Shown here piece after piece: positions 1-8,514 of a stretch of 50,720 nucleotides of DNA (the first letter of the stretch is position 1; each line of letters begins with the position of its first letter). The notes beneath the pieces were generated by a model. The model searched no databases. It was not told the origin of the DNA and worked only from the letters and a program-made list of their open reading frames with translations. Origin of the DNA: Prevotella sp. Its GTDB lineage: Bacteria > Bacteroidota > Bacteroidia > Bacteroidales > Bacteroidaceae. Both the position numbers and the translations under genes were made by a program. The stretch is from contig JAZQOD010000209.1 of assembly GCA_045627685.1 (NCBI GenBank), forward strand, positions 1-50,720, read 5' to 3'.

Positions 1-1566
1 CTGCACCTCTACCTGGAACTCGGTCTTGTCGAGATGTGGCATCTGTGACTTGAACACCTGTGACAGATTGGCAGACTCGTCGGCTGTCAGTTCGTTCTGA
101 GGTGTGTCACTCTTTGGGATGAGACGATCGATGATGTCGGCATCAACACGCGCAAAACGGCTCTTTTCGAACTTCTGCTCAAACATCGACACGCATGGCA
201 CATCGAGATCGCCGTCGAAGAGGAGCACTGAATAGCCCTTGGCGCGTGCAGCCTCGATGTATGTGTACTGCTCTTCCTTGTCGGTGGCATAGAGATACAC
301 GAGGGTTGAGTCCTTGTCCTCCTGAGTGCTCTTGATGAGTTCACGATACTCGTCGTAGGTAAAGTACTTACCGTCGATGTCCTTCAACAGAGCGAAGTTC
401 TTTGCCTTGTCATAGAAATCCTCCTGCGACAGCATACCGTAGTGAATGAAGAGTTTGAGATCGTCCCATTTCTCCTCGAAATCCTTGCGGTTCTCGTTGA
501 AGAGCGCCTTCAAGCGGTCGGCAACCTTCTTTGTGATATATGTAGAGATCTTCTTGACATTGGCATCGCTCTGGAGGTAAGAACGGCTCACGTTGAGAGG
601 GATGTCTGGAGAGTCGATGACACCGTGGAGCAAGGTGAGGAACTCTGGTACGATACCCTCCACCTGGTCGGTTACAAACACCTGGTTGCAGTACAACTGT
701 ATCTTGTTGCGCTGGAGTTCGAGGTTCGATTTCACACGTGGGAAATAGAGCACACCGGTGAGGTTGAATGGGAAATCGACATTGAGATGAATCCAGAACA
801 GAGGTTCGTCGCTCATTGGATATAGAGCACGGTAGAAGCCTTTGTAGTCCTCGTCCTTGAGGGTTGAAGGGGTCTTTGTCCAGAGAGGGTCAACGGTGTT
901 GATGATGTTGTCCTGATCGGTTTCAACCATCTTGCCGTCCTTCCACTCTGTCTCCTTGCCGAATGCCACTGGCACTACCATGAACTTGCAGTATTTCTGG
1001 AGGAGGTCGCCAATCTTGTTCTTGTCGAGGAACTCCTTGCAGTCGTCGGCGATATGGAGGATGATGTCGGTACCGCGCTCTGCACGCTCTGCTGGTTCGA
1101 GTTCGTACTCAGGCGAACCGTCGCAACTCCAGTGTGAAGCCTCTGTGTTGTCCTTGTAAGAGCGTGTGATGATTTCCACGCGGTCGGAAACCATGAACGA
1201 AGAGTAGAAGCCCAGACCGAAATGGCCGATGATGGCATTGGCATTGTCCTTGTACTTCTCGAGGAAGTCGGTGACGCCAGAGAATGCAATCTGATTGATA
1301 TACTTTTCGATTTCCTCGGCAGTCATACCAAGACCGTGGTCGGAGATGGTGATTGTCTTTGCAGCCTCGTCGAGGGTGACGCGCACTGTCAGGTCGCCAA
1401 GTTCGCCTTTGAAGTCGCCACGCTCAGCAAGAGTCTTGATCTTCTGAGTAGCATCGACTGCGTTAGAAACCATCTCACGGAGGAAAATCTCGTGATCACT
1501 GTAGAGGAATTTCTTGATTACAGGAAAAATGTTTTCGGTGGTTACACCAATATTACCTTTTGCCAT
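1..1566 (-). CDS. htpG: Hsp90-family chaperone HtpG (3' end runs off the window start)
   Basis: Missing from the ORF track because it is truncated. Manual translation from ATG at 1566 gives MAKGNIGVTTENIFPVIKKFLYSDHEIFLREMVSNAVDA, then DHGLGM and IIGHFGLGFYSSF (GHKL ATPase motifs). Frame is consistent down to position 1. Confidence 0.96.
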   Translation of the reverse strand, partial: MAKGNIGVTTENIFPVIKKFLYSDHEIFLREMVSNAVDATQKIKTLAERGDFKGELGDLTVRVTLDEAAKTITISDHGLGMTAEEIEKYINQIAFSGVTDFLEKYKDNANAIIGHFGLGFYSSFMVSDRVEIITRSYKDNTEASHWSCDGSPEYELEPAERAERGTDIILHIADDCKEFLDKNKIGDLLQKYCKFMVVPVAFGKETEWKDGKMVETDQDNIINTVDPLWTKTPSTLKDEDYKGFYRALYPMSDEPLFWIHLNVDFPFNLTGVLYFPRVKSNLELQRNKIQLYCNQVFVTDQVEGIVPEFLTLLHGVIDSPDIPLNVSRSYLQSDANVKKISTYITKKVADRLKALFNENRKDFEEKWDDLKLFIHYGMLSQEDFYDKAKNFALLKDIDGKYFTYDEYRELIKSTQEDKDSTLVYLYATDKEEQYTYIEAARAKGYSVLLFDGDLDVPCVSMFEQKFEKSRFARVDADIIDRLIPKSDTPQNELTADESANLSQVFKSQMPHLDKTEFQVEVQ

Positions 1567-1640
1567 AGTATTTATTGTTTTAAATCTTTATTCAAATTAC
1601 ACGGATTTAACGGGACCAATAATGGCCCCGAAAGGAACAA

Positions 1641-1656
1641 TGCAAAAGGCGTGCCA
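1641..1656 (-). promoter_or_regulatory. Sigma54-type -24/-12 promoter upstream of htpG
   Basis: Minus strand reads TGGCACG-CCTT-TTGCA, an exact match to TGGCACG-N4-TTGCW, 75 nt upstream of the htpG ATG. Confidence 0.7.
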
Positions 1657-1661
1657 AAGGA

Positions 1662-1816
1662 AGTGAAGAGTTAAAAGTTAAGAGTTAAGAGTTAAGAGTT
1701 AAAAGTTAAAAGATAAAGCTCTTTGCTGAGCCAAGCGGCAGGGCAAAGAATATAGAATCTTGGTTCTCTATGACCACAACCAACTTTTAACCTTTAACTT
1801 TTAACCTTTAACTTAT
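1662..1816. repeat. Composite element: inverted heptamer arrays around a hairpin core
   Basis: Eight AGTTAAR-like units at 1662-1717, a CTTTGC...GCAAAG hairpin at 1721-1748, and five AACYTTT-like units in inverted orientation at 1782-1816. Confidence 0.85.
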
Positions 1817-4251
1817 TATATATTCGCGATGCTCATGATATTGGCAAAGACACCGGCGGCGGTGACACTCGCTCCTGCACCATAACCCTGAATCATCATA
1901 GGATACTCCTTATAACGCTCTGTGGTGAGAAGCACGATATTGTTGCTACCCTCGAGGTTGAAGAACGGATGACTGCTATCGACAGTCTGCAGTGACACCT
2001 CGGTCTTGCCATTGTCGAGTTTTGCCACAAAGCGCCAACGCTTGCCTTCTGACTCTATCACCTTACGGCGCTCTTCGAAGTCGGCATCGAGTTCTGGCAG
2101 ACGACGCCAGAAGTCTTCTACCTCACCCTCGAAATACTCATCGGGCACAAAGAGGTGCTTCTCCACATCATCCTGCTCCACCTTATATCCACCCTCGCGC
2201 GCAAGGATGACAAGTTTGCGGATCACATCCTTTCCACTGAGGTCGATACGAGGGTCTGGTTCTGCATAGCCAGCCTCCTGTGCCAAACGGACAGTCTCGG
2301 AGAATGGGATGTCCTTAGACAAGGTGTTGAAGATGAAGTTGAGGGTACCACTGAGCACTGCCTCGATTTTCAGAATCTTATCGCCCGAATTGCGGAGGTC
2401 GTTGATAGTGCCGATGATAGGCAGACCTGCACCTACATTGGTTTCGAAACGATATTTCACACCACGCTTCAACGCTGTGCGCTTCAGACGGAGATAAGTA
2501 TCATAGTCGCCAGAAGCAGCCACCTTGTTGGCAGCAACGATGTTGATGTTATGATCGAGGAGAGTCTGGTATATTGATGCAATCTCGGCAGAAGCGGTAC
2601 AATCCACGAATACCGAGTTGAAGATGTTCATATTGATGATGTTCTCGACGAGCAACTGTGCATTGCTCTCTGGCGATGCCTGAAGAGCCTCCTTGTATGT
2701 GTCGAGGTTGATGCCCTCGCGAGAGTAGATGGCACGGCGTGAAGACGCAATACCAACGACATTGAGTTTGAGACGCGAACTCTCCATGAGTTTGCTGTAC
2801 TGCGAACGAATCTGCTCGATGAGTTTGCCACCAACGGTACCTGTACCGCAGATGAAGAGGTTGAGGACCTTGTATTCCGACAGGAAGAACGAGTCGTGGA
2901 GCACGTTGAGCGACTTACGGAGATAGGCAGAAGGCACAACAAACGAGATGTTGGTCTCTGACGCTCCCTGAGCACAGGCGATGACACTGATACCCGAACG
3001 GCCGAGAGTGCCGAACAGTTTGCCGGCGATGCCCGGGGTGTGCTTCATGTTCTCACCAACGATAGCGATGGTGGCAAGACCACTCTCGATATGCATAGGG
3101 AACATTGCTCCGGTGTGTATCTCCTTCTGGAACTCAGCGTTGAGCACCTCGGCTGCAGCCTCGGCATCCTCGTCGCGCACACCGATAGAGGTAGAGTTCT
3201 CGGATGAAGCCTGCGACACCATGAACACAGAGATATTGTTATTCGCCAGGGCAGTGAAGATACGGCGGTTGACACCGATGACACCTACCATAGAGAGACC
3301 AGTGACGGTGATGAGACTGGTGCCGTTGATGCTCGAGATACCCTTGATAGGCTTTGAGTCGTTCTCGACCTTTGCACGGATAACAGAACCTGGATTCTCC
3401 GGATTGAAGGTGTTCTTCACGCGGATTGGGATGTTCTTCACGCAGACAGGATAGATGGTTGGTGGATATACCACCTTTGCTCCAAAGTTACAGAGTTCCA
3501 TTGCCTCGATATACGAGAGTTCCTTGATGGTGTAGGCGGTAGAGATGACACGTGGATCGGCTGTCATGAAACCGTCAACATCGGTCCAAATCTCGAGCAC
3601 CTCAGCATCGAGGGCAGCAGCGATGATGGCTGCGGTATAGTCGGAACCACCACGACCGAGGTTGGTCACTTCGTTTGTGTCACGGTCGCGTGAGATGAAT
3701 CCCGGAACAAGCGAGATGCGTGGCAGGTCTTTGAATGTCTCGCACACGAGGTTGGCAGTAAGACTGGCATGGAGCACATTCTTGCCGTTCTTGCGTACTG
3801 TCTTGATGAAATCGCGGGCATCGAACCATTTCGAGCCTCTCACGAGAGTGGCTACAATCTTTGAAGAGATACGCTCGCCATAACTTACAATGGCGTTCTG
3901 TGTCTTCTCGGAAAGGTCACGAATGAGGAACACTCCGAAGTAGATGCTACGGAGTTGCTCGAGGAGGGCGTCAACTTCTTTGAAGAGCACCTCGCGATCA
4001 AGGGGGTAGGTTATGATAGTATCGATCATCTTGTGATGACGATCGACCATTTTTTCGAATTCGTCCTTCCATGCCTCATCGCCATCCTTGGCCAACTGGG
4101 AGGTACGGAGGAGTTTGTCGGTAATGCCACCGAGGGCACTTACTACAACTACAATAGGCTGGTGTTTAGCCTCTTTTTCAACAATCTTTTTCAGAGAGAG
4201 GATACTCTCTACGGAACCAACGGATGTTCCGCCGAATTTCAATACTTTCAT
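1816..4251 (-). CDS. thrA: Bifunctional aspartate kinase / homoserine dehydrogenase I
   Basis: 811 aa. VLKFGGTSV and LGRGGSDYTA kinase motifs, two ACT domains, GTGTVG, ETNVGAGLP, EPDPRIDLSGKD, GYGAGASVTAAGV. Confidence 0.97.
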   Translation of the reverse strand: MKVLKFGGTSVGSVESILSLKKIVEKEAKHQPIVVVVSALGGITDKLLRTSQLAKDGDEAWKDEFEKMVDRHHKMIDTIITYPLDREVLFKEVDALLEQLRSIYFGVFLIRDLSEKTQNAIVSYGERISSKIVATLVRGSKWFDARDFIKTVRKNGKNVLHASLTANLVCETFKDLPRISLVPGFISRDRDTNEVTNLGRGGSDYTAAIIAAALDAEVLEIWTDVDGFMTADPRVISTAYTIKELSYIEAMELCNFGAKVVYPPTIYPVCVKNIPIRVKNTFNPENPGSVIRAKVENDSKPIKGISSINGTSLITVTGLSMVGVIGVNRRIFTALANNNISVFMVSQASSENSTSIGVRDEDAEAAAEVLNAEFQKEIHTGAMFPMHIESGLATIAIVGENMKHTPGIAGKLFGTLGRSGISVIACAQGASETNISFVVPSAYLRKSLNVLHDSFFLSEYKVLNLFICGTGTVGGKLIEQIRSQYSKLMESSRLKLNVVGIASSRRAIYSREGINLDTYKEALQASPESNAQLLVENIINMNIFNSVFVDCTASAEIASIYQTLLDHNINIVAANKVAASGDYDTYLRLKRTALKRGVKYRFETNVGAGLPIIGTINDLRNSGDKILKIEAVLSGTLNFIFNTLSKDIPFSETVRLAQEAGYAEPDPRIDLSGKDVIRKLVILAREGGYKVEQDDVEKHLFVPDEYFEGEVEDFWRRLPELDADFEERRKVIESEGKRWRFVAKLDNGKTEVSLQTVDSSHPFFNLEGSNNIVLLTTERYKEYPMMIQGYGAGASVTAAGVFANIMSIANI

Positions 4252-4259
4252 AATTTTTT

Positions 4260-4293
4260 AAAGTGAAAAGTGAAAAGTGAAAAGTGAAAAGTG
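4260..4293. repeat. AAAAGTG heptamer array (about 5 copies) in the thrA 5' UTR
   Basis: AAAGTG plus 4x AAAAGTG, ending 8 nt before the thrA ATG. Confidence 0.9.
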
Positions 4294-4387
4294 GAGGTAC
4301 CAACCCACCAGCATTCATAATCGCCCTGCACTTGAAGTTAATATTCCGGAGTCCTCCTGACAATAGAGGTTCTTCGAAACTTGACTG

Positions 4388-4436
4388 CAAAATTACACAA
4401 AATATAGTAGAATACCAAATAAATTGATTAATTTTG
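4388..4436. promoter_or_regulatory. Divergent Bacteroidota sigmaA promoters (thrA and FAD oxidoreductase)
   Basis: TAATTTTG on the minus strand (4388-4395) with TTTG 20 nt upstream (4416-4419); TAATTTTG on the plus strand (4429-4436). Confidence 0.7.
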
Positions 4437-4462
4437 CAACCAATAAGTATTACATCGAAAAT

Positions 4463-6085
4463 ATGATTCAGGAATTGCAACTCCGGATTCTGCCAGAGCA
4501 GGCTGCTTCGGAACAGGCTATCGCCGACTATATTGCTCGTGAGAAAGGTATTGACCGCCGTACTATCAATGCCGTTCGTGTACTGAAACGCTCCATCGAC
4601 GCACGACAGCGTACTATCTTTGTTAACATCAACGCACGCGTATATATTAATGAGGTGCCACAGGATGATGCATACGTGCACACCGAATATCAGGATGTGA
4701 GCCAGAAACCACAGGTAGTGGTGGTGGGCGAAGGTCCCGGTGGACTGTTTGCCGCCCTGCGACTCATTGAACTGGGACTGCGCCCAGTGATACTGGAACG
4801 CGGAAAGGATGTGCACGAACGCAAGAAAGACCTTGCGATGATAACCAAGACACAGAAGGTGGACGGCGAGTCGAACTACTGTTTCGGTGAAGGCGGAGCC
4901 GGTGCCTATTCCGACGGAAAACTATACACACGCAGCAAGAAACGCGGTTCGGTAGAAAAGATCCTGAATGTGTTCTGCCAGCATGGTGCCTCGACATCTA
5001 TCCTTGCCGACGCCCACCCACATATAGGCACAGACAAACTGCCACGCGTCATTGAGAACATGCGCAACACGATTATACGCTGTGGCGGAGAAGTGCACTT
5101 CCAGACAAAGATGGTGCGACTGATTCTGCAGGGCGACGAGTGCATAGGCTGTGAGGCGATTAACCTCGCAATGAATCGCGAGGAACAGTATCGAGGACCG
5201 GTGATTCTTGCCACAGGTCATTCGGCACGCGATGTGTATCGCTATCTGGCAGAGGCAAAGATTGAGATTGAAGCAAAATCGCTGGCGATGGGTGTACGAC
5301 TGGAACATCCGAGTCATCTCATCGACCAGATACAATACCACAACAAGAACGGACGTGGGAAGTATCTTCCAGCAGCAGAATACAGTTTTGTGACACAGGT
5401 GGACGGTCGCGGAGTATATTCGTTCTGTATGTGCCCAGGAGGATTCGTCATTCCGGCAGCAACTGGTCCGGAACAACTCGTGGTGAACGGTATGAGTCCT
5501 TCAAACCGTGGTACACAGTGGAGCAACTCGGGTATGGTGGTGGAGATACATCCTGAGGACGTGGGAAGTGAAAAGTTAAAAGTTAAAAGTGAAAAGTCTG
5601 AAACACAAAATCCACTCGTGATGCTGGAATTCCAGGAGCAGTTGGAAAAAACCACCTGGCAGCAGGCAAATATGAAACAGAATGCTCCAGCACAGAGAAT
5701 GGTGGATTTTGTGAACGGTCGATTGAGTTACGACCTGCCGAAGGTGTCGTATGCCCCAGGAGTGGTCTCTTCCCCACTCCATTTCTGGTTGCCTAAGCAT
5801 ATCTCGAAACGCTTGCAGGAAGGATTCAAGAAGTTCGGTAGTACGAGCCACGGATTCCTCACCAACGAGGCAGTACTGATAGCCACAGAGACACGCACCT
5901 CATCGCCAATACGCATTGTACGCGACCGCGAGACATTGCAGCATGTACGCATCAAGGGACTGTTCCCTTGCGGCGAAGGCGCAGGATATGCAGGAGGTAT
6001 AGTCTCAGCAGGAGTTGATGGCGAGCGATGCGCTGAGATGTGCGAGGCTTACACCAGATGCTTAACAAACGCGAACAGTTTATAA
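4463..6085 (+). CDS. NAD(P)/FAD-dependent oxidoreductase (COG2509-like)
   Basis: VVGEGPGGLFAA Rossmann motif, FGEGGAGAYSDGKL, SFCMCPGG, PCGEGAGYAGGIVSAGVDG. Start placed at ATG 4463, downstream of the promoter box. Confidence 0.9.
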   Translation: MIQELQLRILPEQAASEQAIADYIAREKGIDRRTINAVRVLKRSIDARQRTIFVNINARVYINEVPQDDAYVHTEYQDVSQKPQVVVVGEGPGGLFAALRLIELGLRPVILERGKDVHERKKDLAMITKTQKVDGESNYCFGEGGAGAYSDGKLYTRSKKRGSVEKILNVFCQHGASTSILADAHPHIGTDKLPRVIENMRNTIIRCGGEVHFQTKMVRLILQGDECIGCEAINLAMNREEQYRGPVILATGHSARDVYRYLAEAKIEIEAKSLAMGVRLEHPSHLIDQIQYHNKNGRGKYLPAAEYSFVTQVDGRGVYSFCMCPGGFVIPAATGPEQLVVNGMSPSNRGTQWSNSGMVVEIHPEDVGSEKLKVKSEKSETQNPLVMLEFQEQLEKTTWQQANMKQNAPAQRMVDFVNGRLSYDLPKVSYAPGVVSSPLHFWLPKHISKRLQEGFKKFGSTSHGFLTNEAVLIATETRTSSPIRIVRDRETLQHVRIKGLFPCGEGAGYAGGIVSAGVDGERCAEMCEAYTRCLTNANSL

Positions 6086-7440
6086 GGCATATAGCGGAAT
6101 GGGAGGTCGAGGTGCTTTGGCGACACAAGCACTGAACGACGGTGGCTGAACGCCTCGAACGACTCACGATCGTGATAACGACCCATACCAGAGTTGCCTA
6201 CTCCACCAAACGGCATGTTTGTATTGACGATGTGCATTATACTATCGTTGATACAAGCACCACCGGAAGATGTGTGGCGGATGACGTCCCAAGCCAACGA
6301 TTTGCTACCGTAATAATATAATGCAAGCGGTTTTGGACGAGCATTGACAAACTGCTTCACCTTGTCAGCGAACGAACTGCCATTATCATCGAGGGTGATG
6401 ACAGGGAACACTGGACCGAAAATCTCTTCTGTCATCACAGGCGAATCAAGTGCCACATCACCGAGAAGTGTTGGTTCGATATAACGCTCCTCAGCATCAA
6501 TGCTACCACCACAGAGCACTGTGCCCTGCGACAGATAACTGCTGACACGCGAGAACGCCTTGTCGCTCACCATTCGCACATAATGCTCACTCTTTTTGAT
6601 ATCCTCGCCATGAAGAGCATGCACATGTTTCTGGAAAGCCTCAACAAAAGCATCCTTCACATCGCTGTGGATAAGGATATAGTCAGGAGCAATACACGTC
6701 TGACCACTATTGAGTGTCTTTGCCCACGCAAGGCGCTTGGCAGTAGTGTCGATGTCGGCAGTGCGGTCGATGATGCACGGACTCTTTCCACCCAGTTCGA
6801 GCACCACCGGAGTGAGATGACGCGCAGCAGCCTCCATGACGGTATGGGCAACGGCAGGACTACCAGTATAGAAAATGATGTCGAACGGTTTGTCGAAGAG
6901 ACACGCATTGACTTCGCGATTGCCCTGAACAACAGCCACATACTCCTGAGGGAATGTGTCGGCAATCATGTCAGCAATGACCTGCGACACATGAGGCACA
7001 TAAGGCGATGGTTTCAGTACAGCCGTGCAACCTGCCGCAATGGCACCTACCAACGGACAGAGAAGAAGTTGAACGGGATAGTTCCATGGCGAAACGATGA
7101 GTGCAGTGCCAAGCGGTTCCTTGACAACATAACTCATGGAAGGCAGCACCGCCATCTTTGGCATGCACATCTCGCGGCGAGCCCATGAAGCGACCTTCCT
7201 GCGGGCAGTGCGAATCTCGCCAAGGACAATGCTTATCTCAGTGAGGAAAGCCTCCTCGTGAGACTTATGCAGATCGGTCCACAGAGCATCATAAAGAGGT
7301 TGCTCCCACTTTTTCATTCCGCGGGCGAAAGCATCAAGGCGAGCCTTGCGATAATCAACGGAGAGAGTCTCGCCAGTAGCGAAGAATTGTTTCTGCGATG
7401 CAAAGACAGCATCGATGATCTCATGAGAGGTATTTTCCAT
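6049..7440 (-). CDS. Aldehyde dehydrogenase (ALDH3/YwdH-like)
   Basis: SPWNYP, FYTGS, LELGGKSP, SGQTCIAPDY, EEIFGP, PFGGVGNSGMG. Start at ATG 7440 (MENTSHE); the ORF-track extension overlaps the SDR gene. Confidence 0.93.
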   Translation of the reverse strand: MENTSHEIIDAVFASQKQFFATGETLSVDYRKARLDAFARGMKKWEQPLYDALWTDLHKSHEEAFLTEISIVLGEIRTARRKVASWARREMCMPKMAVLPSMSYVVKEPLGTALIVSPWNYPVQLLLCPLVGAIAAGCTAVLKPSPYVPHVSQVIADMIADTFPQEYVAVVQGNREVNACLFDKPFDIIFYTGSPAVAHTVMEAAARHLTPVVLELGGKSPCIIDRTADIDTTAKRLAWAKTLNSGQTCIAPDYILIHSDVKDAFVEAFQKHVHALHGEDIKKSEHYVRMVSDKAFSRVSSYLSQGTVLCGGSIDAEERYIEPTLLGDVALDSPVMTEEIFGPVFPVITLDDNGSSFADKVKQFVNARPKPLALYYYGSKSLAWDVIRHTSSGGACINDSIMHIVNTNMPFGGVGNSGMGRYHDRESFEAFSHRRSVLVSPKHLDLPFRYMPYKLFAFVKHLV

Positions 7441-7490
7441 AAGAGAGGATTTAAGAGGAGGAAAGAGGATTAAAGAGGATGAGAGAGGAT
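7441..7490. repeat. Decamer tandem array filling the SDR-ALDH spacer
   Basis: AAGAGAGGAT TTAAGAGGAG GAAAGAGGAT TAAAGAGGAT GAGAGAGGAT, five units with a 10-nt period. Confidence 0.85.
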
Positions 7491-8299
7491 TATTTCTTTC
7501 GGCCGGTGAAATGATCCATGGCATGATAGATGCCGAAGAGTTCGCCGAAAATCCAGTCTGCACCACGCATTGGGAGAATGCCCTGCATGAGACGCGCAAA
7601 ACGGAAAGCAAACGGCACACCCTTGAATCGGATGTTCTTCTCGATGGAACGGATGACACGCGCTGATGTCTTCTCAGGATCAAGGATTGGGAAGAACCAC
7701 GACTTCACTCCGTCGAACATACCTGTATTAATAAAATAAGGTGCAAAGGTGGTGACGCGCACGTTGCTCTTCATCTGCTTCAACTCAATCCACACAGAAT
7801 CCGACCATCCCATGGCAGCCCATTTGCTGGCAGCATAGACCGACATACGAGGGTTGGCAAGAAGACCCGCAGCAGAGGTGATGTTGCAGATATGACCACT
7901 GTTGCGCGCAATCATGTCAGGCAGCATAACCAATGCCACGTACATAGGAGCAATGGTGTTGATGGTGATGGTGCGCTCAATATCGAGACGGGTGTTCTGG
8001 TCGAAAGTCTTGTTTGTGGTGACAACACCTGCATTGTTGATGAGGATGTCAACCTGACCAAACTCTGCCACTGTGGCAGCATACGCCTCCTTTACAGCAT
8101 CATAGTTTGATACATCAACAATATAACCCTTGACATTGCCAAGTTTCGAATGTTCTGCTACTACTGTGTCGAGATTCTGCTGATTGATGTCCCAGATAGC
8201 GAGACCTTTCGCACCCTTCTCGAGTGCCATTCTGCCCATGATACGACCAATGCCCGAGGCACCGCCAGTGATCAAGACGATAGAGTCCTTTATTTTCAT
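7490..8299 (-). CDS. Classical short-chain dehydrogenase/reductase (17beta-HSD11/RDH10-like)
   Basis: TGGASGIG, NNAGV, catalytic Ser and YAASK, PYFINTGMF. Confidence 0.93.
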   Translation of the reverse strand: MKIKDSIVLITGGASGIGRIMGRMALEKGAKGLAIWDINQQNLDTVVAEHSKLGNVKGYIVDVSNYDAVKEAYAATVAEFGQVDILINNAGVVTTNKTFDQNTRLDIERTITINTIAPMYVALVMLPDMIARNSGHICNITSAAGLLANPRMSVYAASKWAAMGWSDSVWIELKQMKSNVRVTTFAPYFINTGMFDGVKSWFFPILDPEKTSARVIRSIEKNIRFKGVPFAFRFARLMQGILPMRGADWIFGELFGIYHAMDHFTGRKK

Positions 8300-8388
8300 A
8301 ATAAAAAAGTACGAATGTTTATTATCCTGATTATTGCATTGATGTGAGAGAAGTCAACTATTTATTGCCCACTTTCGCTTTGCGTGTG

Positions 8389-8396
8389 CAAAATTA
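8389..8396 (-). promoter_or_regulatory. Bacteroidota -7 promoter box for the SDR-ALDH operon
   Basis: TAATTTTG(CA) on the minus strand about 90 nt upstream of the SDR ATG. Confidence 0.55.
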
Positions 8397-8461
8397 TTAA
8401 AAATTCTGCTAATAGCCAACGATTTTCTGCACAATTTACCATTTTTCGTGCAAAAACAAAT

Positions 8462-8492
8462 AAAAATGCCCGATGATTTCTCACCGAGCATT
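8462..8492 (-). terminator. Intrinsic terminator after the SGNH gene
   Basis: Minus strand AATGCTCGGTGA-GAAA-TCATCGGGCAT followed by TTTT. Confidence 0.75.
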
Positions 8493-8514
8493 CTCAATAT
8501 AGATAAGCGGAATG

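Noticed and set aside
87-1674. Short ORFs in the track over 1-1674
   Set aside because: They are antisense or off-frame shadows of htpG, which the track missed because it is truncated.
4178-4318. uORF MNAGGLVPPLFTFHFSLFTLK as a thr attenuator peptide
   Set aside because: Only two Thr codons in that stretch, both produced by the heptamer repeat; no Thr/Ile run. Kept only as part of the leader finding.
7441-7683. Open ALDH frame overlapping the SDR 3' end, suggesting a frameshift fusion
   Set aside because: It would need a +1 shift with no recognisable signal; ALDH has a good ATG at 7440 and normal length.
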